Assembly: GCA_049976425.1 (NCBI GenBank)
Contig: JBMFIG010000009.1
Coordinates: forward strand, 1-54,634
Source of the DNA: Thermoproteus sp.
Lineage (GTDB): Archaea > Thermoproteota > Thermoprotei > Thermoproteales > Thermoproteaceae
DNA length: 54,634 bases
Direction of reading: 5' to 3'
This document shows positions 28,333 to 39,859 of this stretch, in pieces. The number at the start of each line of letters is the position of its first letter. The first letter of the stretch is position 1. The translations under genes were made by a program, and so were the position numbers. The notes under the pieces were generated by a model. The model had not been told where the DNA came from, made no database searches, and worked only from the letters and a program-made list of their open reading frames with translations.

Positions 28333-28440
28333 CAGTTCTCGGACAGCTTCTTAAATCCTTGTCTGCGGCCCGCACGGGGCCCCGGGACGCCCGGAGAGCA
28401 AGGGGCGTAATATCGGCTGTCGGCGGAAGGACTTATATAG

Positions 28441-30842
<2,402 letters not shown>

Positions 30843-30858
<16 letters not shown>

Positions 30859-31205
30859 TTCCGTATATCCTTGCTGTGTGCGTAGGCGTACAGAGATGCG
30901 AGCACTATCACGGCCACTATCACCAGCAGGTATATAGCCGACGCGGCCGACGTCGGGCTTATGGCGAAGTAGATAACGGGCACGGCTATCAGAGGCTCGA
31001 GCGTCACCAGCATGAGCACGTAGCCGAAGTACTGCATGGCTAGACGAGACTTGGCCTCTCCTTGAGGCGGGTTGCCGGCCTCGTACCTCCTCCTCTTGGC
31101 CTCCGTCGGGGCCTGCGGCGCTATGAGGTAGATGGCGTAGACGGCGAGTAGCGTGAGGCCCAAAAACAAGAGGAATACTATGGCCAACGCCAGCCAGTCG
31201 CTCAT
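30843..31205 (-). CDS. nuoA: NADH-quinone oxidoreductase subunit A (isolated)
   Basis: TM helix, K...YEAGNPP.G, QYFGY..M...EP, three TM helices. Confidence 0.85.
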
Positions 31206-31207
31206 AG

Positions 31208-31288
31208 CCCGTCGAGGCATCTCGGTTTTTATAGATTCCCTCCCGTCGAGCCCGCCTCTAGGGCAATCGCCGAGATGCCCTCGGTTTT
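31208..31288. promoter_or_regulatory. Pair of inverted operator-like sites between divergent nuoA and aIF6
   Basis: GGCATCTCGG (31216-25) and CCGAGATGCC (31270-79) form a perfect inverted repeat flanking the TTTTATA box. Confidence 0.4.
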
Positions 31289-31359
31289 GGGACAGCGGCG
31301 CCGCCGGGCGCTTGTGGTAGCGACCCCATAATTTAAATCCCGAGGGAGTATACTGTGGT

Positions 31360-32025
31360 ATGGCAGATGTCGTCCCTGTCAAGGTCTTCGGCTCGTCGTC
31401 TATCGGCGTCTACATAGTGGCCAACAACAAGATGGCGTTGGTCCCTCCGGACGTCCCCGAGAAGATAGACGACGAGGTCAGGAACACCCTCGGCGACGTG
31501 GTGGTGAGGGCGACGGTGGCCAAATCGCCGCTCCTCGGCATATTCGTGGTGATGAACGACAACGGCGTGTTGGTGCCCGGCATCGCGCTCGAGGAGGAGA
31601 TAAGTATGTTGAAAGGGCTGGGCCTAAACGTCGGCGTCCTCCACACCAAATACACCGCCATAGCCAACCTGATAGTGGCGAACAACAAGGCCGCGGTGGT
31701 ATCCCCCATACTGGAGCCCGAGAATAGGAAGATAGTGGCCGACGTGCTCGGCGTGGAGGTCTTCGTCGACTCCTTGAGCAACTCGCCTCTGGTGGGCTCG
31801 TTGGCAGTGGCCAACTCCCGCGGAGTCCTCGTGGCGCCCGACGCCACGGACAACGACTTGAGGAAGCTGGAGAAGTATCTGGGCGTCCACGCCGATGTGG
31901 GGACGGTCAACAGAGGGCGCTCCTTCTTGAGAGGCGGGATGGTCGCCAACGACAGAGGGGCCTTGGTCGGCTGGGAGACGACGGGCGCCGAGATCATGCG
32001 GATACTGTCCACCTTGTTCAAATAG
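31360..32025 (+). CDS. eif6: Translation initiation factor 6 (aIF6)
   Basis: GS..IGVY, S.LLG...V.N.NG.LVP, GS....N..G.LV.P, GTVNRG, G..AND.GALVG..TTG.E. Confidence 0.95.
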   Translation: MADVVPVKVFGSSSIGVYIVANNKMALVPPDVPEKIDDEVRNTLGDVVVRATVAKSPLLGIFVVMNDNGVLVPGIALEEEISMLKGLGLNVGVLHTKYTAIANLIVANNKAAVVSPILEPENRKIVADVLGVEVFVDSLSNSPLVGSLAVANSRGVLVAPDATDNDLRKLEKYLGVHADVGTVNRGRSFLRGGMVANDRGALVGWETTGAEIMRILSTLFK

Positions 32026-32059
32026 CGAAAAATTTAATATCGCGGCCTCTCGCCTCCGC

Positions 32060-32302
32060 GTGGCCAAGATCTACCTAGTCGAGGGGAGGGCTAAGTTGCA
32101 GAGCGGTGTCATGAAGTTCAAGCTGTACATCCCGGCCACGAAGCCCAGAGACGCAATGGAGAAGGCCTACGAGCTTATCGGGAGCCGACATAAGGCTAAG
32201 CGGTACCAGATATACCTAGGCAGAGTCGAGGAGATAGCCCCCGACAAGGCCCCCGACAACGCGAAGATCTTCAGTTATATAGATAGGGTTGTGGTCTACT
32301 GA
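32060..32302 (+). CDS. rpl18a: 50S ribosomal protein L18Ae (LX)
   Basis: KIY.VEG, A.EK.Y..IGSRHK.KR.QI; conserved position after aIF6. Confidence 0.9.
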   Translation: MAKIYLVEGRAKLQSGVMKFKLYIPATKPRDAMEKAYELIGSRHKAKRYQIYLGRVEEIAPDKAPDNAKIFSYIDRVVVY

Positions 32303-32715
32303 TGTCTGCTAGGACCATAACCCGGGAGGACGTCGCGAGGCTCATCGACGAGTACCAAGTCATCTCCGAGCTCATAGCCAGCATGCAGGCCCAGCTGTCA
32401 ATAGTCAACGACTCCATAGAGGAGATCAAGACGGCGCTCGACGGATTGAGGTCCTTGTCCCAAGACTCGGAGCGCTACGTCCACATAGGCGCCGGCGTGT
32501 ACCTCAAGGCCTCCGTAGACCAGATCGAGGTGTTGACGCCTCTAGGCGCCAGCTACTACGCGTTCTTGGATCGGCAGAACGCCGAGCGTATACTCAACGA
32601 GAGGCTGGAGGAGTTAAACAACGTCAAGTCCAACCTGGAGGCGAGCCTCTCCAAGCTGGGGGAGAGGGCGGCCCAGATCCGGGACGTCCTGGAGCAGCTG
32701 GGGGTGATCGGCTGA
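32302..32715 (+). CDS. pfdA: Prefoldin alpha subunit
   Basis: Coiled coil - V.IGAGVY...V..PLGA.YY - coiled coil; conserved eif6-LX-pfdA-ftsY order. Confidence 0.9.
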   Translation: MSARTITREDVARLIDEYQVISELIASMQAQLSIVNDSIEEIKTALDGLRSLSQDSERYVHIGAGVYLKASVDQIEVLTPLGASYYAFLDRQNAERILNERLEELNNVKSNLEASLSKLGERAAQIRDVLEQLGVIG

Positions 32716-33650
32716 TGTTCGATAGGCTTAGGAAGACCTTCTCCAAGTTCGTAGACTCCATAGTATCGACGGTAAAGGAGGATACCCTAGGCGAGAAGGA
32801 GGTCTCGGAACTCGCCGAGGATCTATACCTCGACCTCGTCGAGAGCGACGTGGCCGTGGACGTAGCCGACGCGTTGATATCGGCGCTTAAGGCCAAGCTC
32901 GTCGGCGCCAAGGTGCCGAGATTCGGCGACAGGGAGGCCGCGGTCAGACGCGCCGTCTACGACGCACTGCTCTCCTTGGTGGGCGACGTGCAGGACGCGG
33001 ACTTCGAGTCGGCCGTAATCGGGGTTGCGGAGAAGGCGAGGCCGGTCGTGGTCATGTTCCTGGGGCCTAACGGCTACGGCAAGACCACCACGTTGGCCAA
33101 GATCGCGTATCTCTTCAAGTCGAGGGGGCTCCAGAGCGTTTTGGCCGCCGCAGACACTTTCAGAGCCGGCGCGCGGGAGCAGCTCGAGGAGCACGGGAAG
33201 CGGCTGGGGCTGAGGGTCATAGGGGGCAAATACGGCTCGGACCCCGCGTCGGTGGCCTACGACGCGGTGCAACACGCGAGGTCTAAGGGCATCCCGTTGG
33301 TGCTCATAGACACGGCTGGCCGCATGCACACGGACAAGAACCTCATGGACGAGCTCGCCAAGATACAGAGAGTCGTCGAGCCGCACTTCTCGGTGTTTGT
33401 ATTCGACGCGCAGTTGGGCAACGAGGCCCTCGAGATAGCTAGATACTACAGCAGACACGTGTCCATAGACGGCATGGTGGCCACCAAGGTCGACTCCTAC
33501 CCGAAAGGCGGCTCCATATTGACGTTTCTCTACACCTTCAAGAAGCCTATCTATTTCCTCGGAGTCGGGCAACGGTACGAGGACCTGGTCAAGTTCAGGA
33601 AGGAGGAATACATAGCGCAGCTCATCGGCCTCCAGCCGGGCGGCCGGTAG
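32715..33650 (+). CDS. ftsY: SRP receptor FtsY
   Basis: G.NG.GKTTT.AK, AADTFRAGAREQL, DTAGRMHT..NLMDEL, TKVD...KGG, GVGQ.Y.DL. Confidence 0.96.
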   Translation: MFDRLRKTFSKFVDSIVSTVKEDTLGEKEVSELAEDLYLDLVESDVAVDVADALISALKAKLVGAKVPRFGDREAAVRRAVYDALLSLVGDVQDADFESAVIGVAEKARPVVVMFLGPNGYGKTTTLAKIAYLFKSRGLQSVLAAADTFRAGAREQLEEHGKRLGLRVIGGKYGSDPASVAYDAVQHARSKGIPLVLIDTAGRMHTDKNLMDELAKIQRVVEPHFSVFVFDAQLGNEALEIARYYSRHVSIDGMVATKVDSYPKGGSILTFLYTFKKPIYFLGVGQRYEDLVKFRKEEYIAQLIGLQPGGR

Positions 33651-33695
33651 GCCCAAGCGCCGAGTAGTTTATTAAGGGTCTGATCGCGCCGTATC

Positions 33696-33995
33696 GTGGG
33701 CCTCTACGACAAGGTGAAGGAGTTCTTGAGGGACGTGAGGTGGGTCGTCTCGATATCGGAGAAGCCCAGCTCCAAGGAGTTCAACCTGGTCGTCAAGTTC
33801 TTGATATTTCTGGCGTTCGCGGCCGGCGTGATCCAATTTATATTTTATGTAGCTAATGTGTATATGACCGAGTACCTAAGCGGCTCCAGCATAGCCGCAT
33901 ACTCCTTGAGCCAGACCCAGGAGGCCGTGGCGGTGGTGTCCAGCCTCGTCGTGATCTTCGCTATATTGATATACATCGTGATAAAGCTAGGGTGA
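33696..33995 (+). CDS. secE: Protein translocase SecE/Sec61-gamma (extended)
   Basis: WVV....KP..KEF..V.K followed by TM helix; lies between ftsY and spt5. Confidence 0.8.
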   Translation: MGLYDKVKEFLRDVRWVVSISEKPSSKEFNLVVKFLIFLAFAAGVIQFIFYVANVYMTEYLSGSSIAAYSLSQTQEAVAVVSSLVVIFAILIYIVIKLG

Positions 33996-34456
33996 TGGCG
34001 TCCCAACAGTGCCCCATATATTCCGTCAGCGTCGTCGGCAGGCAGGAGTACAGCGTCACGATGTTGCTCAAGCTACGTAGCGAGTCTGGGAAGCAGCCGG
34101 TCTACTCCATATTGGTGCCCAAGGAGCCGTTCGGCGTCATCTTCATCGAGGCCGAGTCGCTGGCGGTTGTCTACAGGGTCGTGTCCGGCGTCAAGCACGT
34201 GAAGGGCGTGTTGAAGGGCAAGACGAGCCTGGAGGAGATAGTGAAGTACGTAGAGCCGAAGAAGCCCGCCATCGATATCGACGTCAACGACGAGGTGGAG
34301 ATACTGGCCGACGTCTTGAAGGGCAGCAGAGGCCGCGTGGTCTCCGTCGACAAGGAGAAGGGGCTGGTCAGAGTGGAGCTGTTGGACTCGCCGTTCCCCA
34401 TGCCGCTGGACCTCAAGGCGAGCGAGGTCAAGGTCACGAAGAAGGCTGGCAGGTGA
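33995..34456 (+). CDS. spt5: Transcription elongation factor Spt5/NusG
   Basis: NGN domain (GRQE, IFIEA, HVKG) plus KOW motif. Confidence 0.9.
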   Translation: MASQQCPIYSVSVVGRQEYSVTMLLKLRSESGKQPVYSILVPKEPFGVIFIEAESLAVVYRVVSGVKHVKGVLKGKTSLEEIVKYVEPKKPAIDIDVNDEVEILADVLKGSRGRVVSVDKEKGLVRVELLDSPFPMPLDLKASEVKVTKKAGR

Positions 34457-34491
34457 CGGCAAAAATTAAATAGTGGCCTCAAGATCGGCGC

Positions 34492-34998
34492 GTGGCTAAG
34501 CGGATAATCAACGTGCCGTTGCAAGGCGGGAGGTTCGCGCCGAATCCTCAGTTCCAAGACGCCTTGAAGAACGCGGGCTTGGACCCCAACGCCGTCTCGC
34601 AGAAGGTGCAGGAAGCCGTGAAGAGATACGCGGGCTTCCCCATTTCCAAGATCGAGCTGGAGGTGGACGAGGCCACGAAGGACTTCGCCGTGCTGGTCAA
34701 ACTGCCTCCTATCGGCGATCTGTTGCTCAAGTTGCTCGGCAAGGACACGGGGCCGCACGACGCCGGCAAGGAGACCATAGGGGACCTCCCGATGGAGAAG
34801 ATAGTTCAGATAGCCGTGGCCAAATACCCCGAGCTCAAGTCGAGGAGCCTCAAGTCCGCGGTGAAACAGGTGTTGAGCACCTGCAAGGCCATGGGGATAA
34901 CGGTCGGCGGGAAGCCGGCGGCCGAGGTCATGAAGGAGGTGGACGGCGGGGCCTACGACGACATGATTAAAAAGGCCGAGGAGCAGTTGGCGCCATGA
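34492..34998 (+). CDS. rpl11: 50S ribosomal protein L11
   Basis: [34 protein letters not shown]. Confidence 0.92.
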   Translation: MAKRIINVPLQGGRFAPNPQFQDALKNAGLDPNAVSQKVQEAVKRYAGFPISKIELEVDEATKDFAVLVKLPPIGDLLLKLLGKDTGPHDAGKETIGDLPMEKIVQIAVAKYPELKSRSLKSAVKQVLSTCKAMGITVGGKPAAEVMKEVDGGAYDDMIKKAEEQLAP

Positions 34999-35669
34999 GC
35001 GTCTCCGCGCTGGTGAGGCAAGACGTCTTGCTGAACGCCATAAGGGAGGCCATATCTAAGGGGAAGAAGCACAAGTTCGTCGAAAGCGTCGACCTGATAG
35101 TTGTGTTGCGCGACGTGGATCTGAACAAGCCGGAGAACCGCATAAGCCTCAACGTGCCGTTGCCCCACCCGCCGAAGCTCAACAAGATAGCCGCGTTCGC
35201 CTCAGGCGCCTTCGAGGTGGCCGCCAAGAACGCCGGCGTGGACGCCATAATAGGGAGGGACCAGATAGAGGCGCTCGCCGGCAAGAAGCGGGAGATCAGG
35301 AAGCTCGCGAGGAGGTACGACTACTTCATAGCGACGCCCGACCTCATGCCGCTGGTGGGCCGCGTCCTCGGAGCCATATTCGGGCCCAGGGGCAAGATGC
35401 CGGAGGTCGTGCCGCCCAACGTCGACCCCAAGGCTGTGGTGGACAGGCTGAGGAGGAGCGTGAGGCTGAAGCTCAGGAACGAGCCCGTGGTCAAGCTGAG
35501 GGTGGGGTCGGAGGCCCAGAAGCCCGAGGAGATCGCCGCGAACATACTGGCCGTCCTCGAGGAGCTCAACGCCAAGTTCCCGCTCAAGCAACACGTGGCG
35601 CGCATATACCTAAAGAAGACGATGGGTCCTCCGGTCTCTCTGAAGGAGGAGCTCTTCGTATCGAGATAA
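34995..35669 (+). CDS. rpl1: 50S ribosomal protein L1
   Basis: F.ESVDL, V.LPH, LMPLVGR.LG...GPRGKMP, KKTMGP. Confidence 0.95.
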   Translation: MSVSALVRQDVLLNAIREAISKGKKHKFVESVDLIVVLRDVDLNKPENRISLNVPLPHPPKLNKIAAFASGAFEVAAKNAGVDAIIGRDQIEALAGKKREIRKLARRYDYFIATPDLMPLVGRVLGAIFGPRGKMPEVVPPNVDPKAVVDRLRRSVRLKLRNEPVVKLRVGSEAQKPEEIAANILAVLEELNAKFPLKQHVARIYLKKTMGPPVSLKEELFVSR

Positions 35670-35699
35670 TTTTAAAAAGGCCTCCCGATAGGTCTCGCG

Positions 35700-36734
35700 A
35701 TGGCCATCCAGTTGGGCAAACGCGTCTATGTGCGCGAGAGGCCCTATCCCCAGAAGAAGGCCAGGATAGCCTCAGAGCTGGAGGAGCTCGTCAAGAGCTA
35801 CAGCTACATATTCGTCTTCGACCTACACGGGCTGTCCGCCAGGATACTCCACGAATACCGGTTTAGGCTGAGGGGGAAGGGCGTCGTCAAGGTGGCGAAA
35901 CACAACCTGATGAGGATCGCCCTCAAGAGGGTATACGGCGAGGTGCCTCCCGAGGTCGACAAGGAGCTCTTCGGCGAGAGGGCGTATATATTCACCAACG
36001 AGAACCCCGCGCTATTCGCCAAGGAGGTCGAGGCCAAGGCGGTCAGGAGGAAGGCGAGGGCGGGCGACGTGGCTCCCTACGACATAATGGCCCCGGCAGG
36101 CCCCACCAACCTGTCGCCGGGCCCCATATTGAGCAAGTTCGGCAAGTTGAAGATACCCACGAGGGTCCAGGAGGGCAAGATCTGGATAGCCAAGGACAGC
36201 CCCGTCGTCAAGGCCGGCCAACAGATAACCGACGAGATCGCCGACATACTTAGGGTGTTGGGCGTGGAGCCCATCTACGAGAAGCTGAGGCTCCTAGGCG
36301 TGATCTGGCGCGGCCGGAGGTTCGTCCCGATCGACGAAATAGTCGTCGAGCCCAAGAAGTACTTCGAGATGTTGCAACAAGCCGCAGGCGCCGCGCGCAA
36401 CCTGGCCCTCAACGTCGTGTACCCGACGCCCGAGGTGCTGGCCGTCGTGTTGCCCAACGCACACGCCCGCGCGCTCGCCCTCGCGGTCCGCCTCGGCGTT
36501 GTGTCCAAGGAGACCCTGCCGGCGTTGCTGGCCCGCGCGTCCTCCGAGGCCGCGGCCCTAGCCGCCGCGATAGCGCCTAAGGCCCCCGAGCTAGGGCTCC
36601 AGGTACAGCAGCAACAACAGCCGCAACAAGCCGAGCAGAAGGCCGAGGAGAAGAAGGAGGAGAAGCCGGCCGAGGAGGGCGAGAAGGGCCCGAGCGAGGA
36701 GGACATAGCCAGCGGTTTGGCCTCCCTGTTCTAA
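35700..36734 (+). CDS. rpl10: 50S ribosomal protein L10 (P0)
   Basis: K.NL..IAL, FTN.NP, PAGPT...PGP, acidic tail ending EEDIASGLASLF. Confidence 0.95.
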   Translation: MAIQLGKRVYVRERPYPQKKARIASELEELVKSYSYIFVFDLHGLSARILHEYRFRLRGKGVVKVAKHNLMRIALKRVYGEVPPEVDKELFGERAYIFTNENPALFAKEVEAKAVRRKARAGDVAPYDIMAPAGPTNLSPGPILSKFGKLKIPTRVQEGKIWIAKDSPVVKAGQQITDEIADILRVLGVEPIYEKLRLLGVIWRGRRFVPIDEIVVEPKKYFEMLQQAAGAARNLALNVVYPTPEVLAVVLPNAHARALALAVRLGVVSKETLPALLARASSEAAALAAAIAPKAPELGLQVQQQQQPQQAEQKAEEKKEEKPAEEGEKGPSEEDIASGLASLF

Positions 36735-36736
36735 AA

Positions 36737-37681
36737 GTGATACGCGTTTTCGCCCCTGGAGTCGTCAAGCTATTCGGTGAGCACGCGGTAGTCTACGGAA
36801 AGCCCGCCATAGCCGTCGCCGTAGATAAAGGCGTAGAGGTCGCCTGCGAGAAGGGGGACAAGACGGTTGTGAGGACGGGGAAGGCCTACGTGGATATCGA
36901 GTACGAGCACGGCACGGGCGCGGCTCACGCCAGGGGGCACGAGCCGTTCCTCTCCTACGTAGCCGCGGCCTTGAGGAAGGCCGAGGAGTCCTTCGGGAAG
37001 CTCGCCGCCTCCTTCGAGATAAGGGGGGACTTCCCGCCGAGCGTCGGCGCCGCGACCTCGGCCTCCGTGTCCGTCGGGATACTCAAGGCGTACTCCGCAT
37101 GTCTCGGCGTGGACGTCGGCAAGGCCGAGCTCGCCAAGCTGGCCCACGGGGTGGAGCTGGAGGTCCAGGGAGCCGCCTCGCCCATGGACACCGCCGTGTC
37201 GGCGATAGGGGGGATGTTGAGGATAGAGCCCAGCCCGTTCAGCTACCGCCGCATAGACTCGGCCGTGGACGGCTTCGTGCTGGCGGTGCTCCCCCGCAGG
37301 GGCACGACCAAGGACATAGTCGCCGGCGTGAGGGCGTTGAAGGCCCGCAGGAGGTCGGTCGACGCGGTCATAGACGCCATAGGCCGCGTCGTCGACGAGG
37401 CGGAGGGCTGTCTGGCCTCCAACGACCTCGAGTGCGTGGGCGAGCTCATGGAGATAAACAACTGGCTCCTCGGCGCTCTGGGCGTCGTGGGCCACGACGT
37501 CGTGATGATGCTCAAGTACCTCAAGCCCTATATCTACGGGGGGAAGATCAGCGGGGCTGGCCGCGGCGGCATAGTGGTCTTGTTGCCCAAGAGGAGGCAG
37601 GAGCTGAGGGAGGCCCTAGCCGCCATGGAGGTGCCCTCCGTGGAGGTCAAGGTAGACCGCGACGGCGCGAGGGTGATATGA
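36737..37681 (+). CDS. mvk: Mevalonate kinase
   Basis: APG.VKLFGEHAVVYG.PAIA, GHMP loop PPSVGAATSAS, QG.ASPMD, GKISGAGRGG. Confidence 0.92.
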   Translation: MIRVFAPGVVKLFGEHAVVYGKPAIAVAVDKGVEVACEKGDKTVVRTGKAYVDIEYEHGTGAAHARGHEPFLSYVAAALRKAEESFGKLAASFEIRGDFPPSVGAATSASVSVGILKAYSACLGVDVGKAELAKLAHGVELEVQGAASPMDTAVSAIGGMLRIEPSPFSYRRIDSAVDGFVLAVLPRRGTTKDIVAGVRALKARRRSVDAVIDAIGRVVDEAEGCLASNDLECVGELMEINNWLLGALGVVGHDVVMMLKYLKPYIYGGKISGAGRGGIVVLLPKRRQELREALAAMEVPSVEVKVDRDGARVI

Positions 37682-37917
37682 TCGAGGTGGTGGGCCTCGT
37701 GGGGCTGGCCCTAGTGGCGGGGGGCTGGGCCTTGACGATAATCCGCAGATCGCCTCCCCCTCCCCTGGACCTCACCACGGTGTACTTCGCGGGGAGCGTC
37801 GCGCTCACCATATACGCCGCCTGGGAGAGAGACGCCGTCTTCACCGCGCTCAACGCCGCCTCGGCGGTCTTGTCCTTGATCAACATATTCAGGGCGGTCC
37901 GGCGGGCTAAGGTTTAA
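37678..37917 (+). CDS. Small 3-TM membrane protein (PQ-loop/SemiSWEET-like)
   Basis: MIEVVGLVGLAL..W...YFAGS.AL.IYA....D.VF..LN; ATG overlaps the mvk stop. Confidence 0.7.
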   Translation: MIEVVGLVGLALVAGGWALTIIRRSPPPPLDLTTVYFAGSVALTIYAAWERDAVFTALNAASAVLSLINIFRAVRRAKV

Positions 37918-37937
37918 GGAGGATCGCATCTAGAGCC

Positions 37938-38714
37938 ATGAGCTCGGCCAAAAGGCCGATTGTCGGCGGCCGGCTATACCACATAATGGTAGAGCCGGGC
38001 GCGGTGCCGCGCTACGTTCTGTTGCCCGGGGACCCCGGGAGGGTGCCCAAGATAGCGGCGTATTGGGACGAGGGCAGGGAGGCGGCCCGCAACAGAGAGT
38101 TCGTGACCTATGTCGGGAGGTATAGAGGGGTGCCCATAGCGGCTACCTCTACAGGCATAGGCTCCGGCTCCACGGCCATAGCGGTCGAGGAGCTCTTGGC
38201 GGCCGGCGCGGACACGTTCATCAGGGTGGGCACCACCGGCGCGTTGAGGCGCGATATAAAGATCGGCGATCTCATAATAGCGCAGGCCGCGGTTAGGTGG
38301 GACGGCGCTAGCAGATGGTACGCGCCTCCCGAATATCCCGCCGTGGCGCATTGGGAGGTCCTCGAGTCGTTGATAGAGGCCGCGGAGAGCCTCGGCGTCA
38401 GACACCACGTGGGCATAGTGGCCTCCACCGACTCGTTCTACATAGGCCAGGAAAGGCCGGGCCACGGGGGGTATCTGCCTCCCTGGGCCAGAGGGCTCGT
38501 GGAGACCTTGAGATCCCTCAGAGTAGTCAGCTTCGAGATGGAGACCGCCACGATCTTCACGTTGGCCTCGATATACGGCGCTAGGGCCGGCGGCGTGTAC
38601 GCGGCGATAGCCAACAGGGAGACCGACGAGTTCGTGGCGGAGGCCGGCGTGGAGGACGCCATAAAGGTGGCCAACGAGGCCGTGAAGATCTTAGCAGAGC
38701 GGGACTCCAGATGA
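37938..38714 (+). CDS. udp: Uridine/purine nucleoside phosphorylase (PNP_UDP_1 family)
   Basis: YHI, VLLPGDPGRV, NREF, STGIG..S..IAVEEL, IRVGTTG, DSFY.GQ.R, FEME. Confidence 0.9.
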   Translation: MSSAKRPIVGGRLYHIMVEPGAVPRYVLLPGDPGRVPKIAAYWDEGREAARNREFVTYVGRYRGVPIAATSTGIGSGSTAIAVEELLAAGADTFIRVGTTGALRRDIKIGDLIIAQAAVRWDGASRWYAPPEYPAVAHWEVLESLIEAAESLGVRHHVGIVASTDSFYIGQERPGHGGYLPPWARGLVETLRSLRVVSFEMETATIFTLASIYGARAGGVYAAIANRETDEFVAEAGVEDAIKVANEAVKILAERDSR

Positions 38715-38950
38715 TAGTTAGGTTGATATATATCAAGGATACGGCGATAGTCGAGGCCCGAGATCTGTCCACGTGCGGGGACGCGTTCGCCCTCAAGATC
38801 GAGGGGAGGTACGTCAGCATATGCGGCAACACCTACGAGCTGTCCGAGGAGATACCCAAGTTCAGGAAGGGCGTGCTCAAGGCAGCCGACGGCGTCTTTT
38901 TGGTGGAGTGCGACGAGGACATGAACTGCCTTGCCGCCAGAAGCCGCTAG
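38711..38950 (+). CDS. Hypothetical protein
   Basis: 79 aa, ATGA-coupled to udp, plausible codon usage. Confidence 0.7.
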   Translation: MIVRLIYIKDTAIVEARDLSTCGDAFALKIEGRYVSICGNTYELSEEIPKFRKGVLKAADGVFLVECDEDMNCLAARSR

Positions 38951-38978
38951 CGTTAAATACAGACGGTAGGACAGCGAC

Positions 38979-39413
38979 GTGGACGTGACGGTGGCCGTCT
39001 ACAACATATCGAGCCTCCCCAGGCTCATGGAGTTCGCCAGAGTGACGTACGGCTTCGGCGTCAGGCGCTTGGCGGCGGTCCGGGTCTTCGGCTCGGCCGC
39101 CCAGCAGATAGGCGATTTGTTCAAGCTCGCGTTCAAGGTAGGCGGCGAGGTCCTCGTCTTCAACGACCTCAAGGACCTCAACGAGGCGCTGAGGCCGGAC
39201 CTAGTCGTCGGCCTCACTAAGCGGGGCGATGGCGTCGAGCCCCTGGCCGATCTGCCCGACGGGCGGGTGGTCATAGTGGTGAGCGGCTCGGATCTGCCCA
39301 TAACCCAGAGGGAGTTGCCCCCGGGGGCCAAGCTGGCATACGCGGTGGAGGAGGACGTCGGATCGGTAGGACAGCTGGCCATAGCCCTATATAGGCTGAG
39401 GAGGAGGGGCTGA
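38979..39413 (+). CDS. SPOUT-superfamily protein (DUF2122/COG4080-like)
   Basis: YN.SS..RL.EFAR..YG, G.AAQ..I..LFKLA, VSGSD......E, VG.VG..AI.LY knot-like C-terminus. Confidence 0.75.
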   Translation: MDVTVAVYNISSLPRLMEFARVTYGFGVRRLAAVRVFGSAAQQIGDLFKLAFKVGGEVLVFNDLKDLNEALRPDLVVGLTKRGDGVEPLADLPDGRVVIVVSGSDLPITQRELPPGAKLAYAVEEDVGSVGQLAIALYRLRRRG

Positions 39414-39419
39414 AAAAGG

Positions 39420-39812
39420 CTACTCGACCTTTATCGAGATCTCCTGGGGCTTCACCTTCTTCGCCGTGATGGTCAAGACCCCGTTCTTGTAGGCGGCCTT
39501 GGCCGTCGAGGGGTCTATCTTGAAGGGCAGATAGACCTTCTTGGTGTACTTCCTCTCGCCGCGGGCGCCCTCCGCCCTTATGTAGTCGCCGTCGCGCGAG
39601 ATGTAGATGGAGATGTCGCCGGGCTCGAGGCCGGGCATGTCGATCTCCACCAAGGCGTCGTCCCCCTGCTCCTTTATATTGACGCCTTGCTCCACCGTCA
39701 CCTTCCTCACGGTGCTGGTGGTCGTCTTGACGACCTCCTCGGCGGTTTTCTGGATCGCTTTGGCAAGCTCGTCGAAGGTCCTCCTGATCTCGCTAAGGAC
39801 GTCCTCGCCCAT
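39420..39812 (-). CDS. Small heat-shock protein Hsp20
   Basis: VEIDMPGL...DI, Y.K.V.LP..ID...AKA.YKNGVL.I. Confidence 0.93.
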   Translation of the reverse strand: MGEDVLSEIRRTFDELAKAIQKTAEEVVKTTTSTVRKVTVEQGVNIKEQGDDALVEIDMPGLEPGDISIYISRDGDYIRAEGARGERKYTKKVYLPFKIDPSTAKAAYKNGVLTITAKKVKPQEISIKVE

Positions 39813-39859
39813 ATAGACGACGGGAGGCTTCTATAAAAGCCTTTTCCGCCTCTCCTGAC

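Noticed and set aside
36590-36700. CAG/CAA and GAG/AAG repeats
   Set aside because: They encode the normal flexible Gln/Glu/Lys linker of ribosomal protein P0
36734-36740. rpl12 missing after rpl10
   Set aside because: Fragmented ribosomal operons are typical of Thermoproteales; the gene is probably elsewhere
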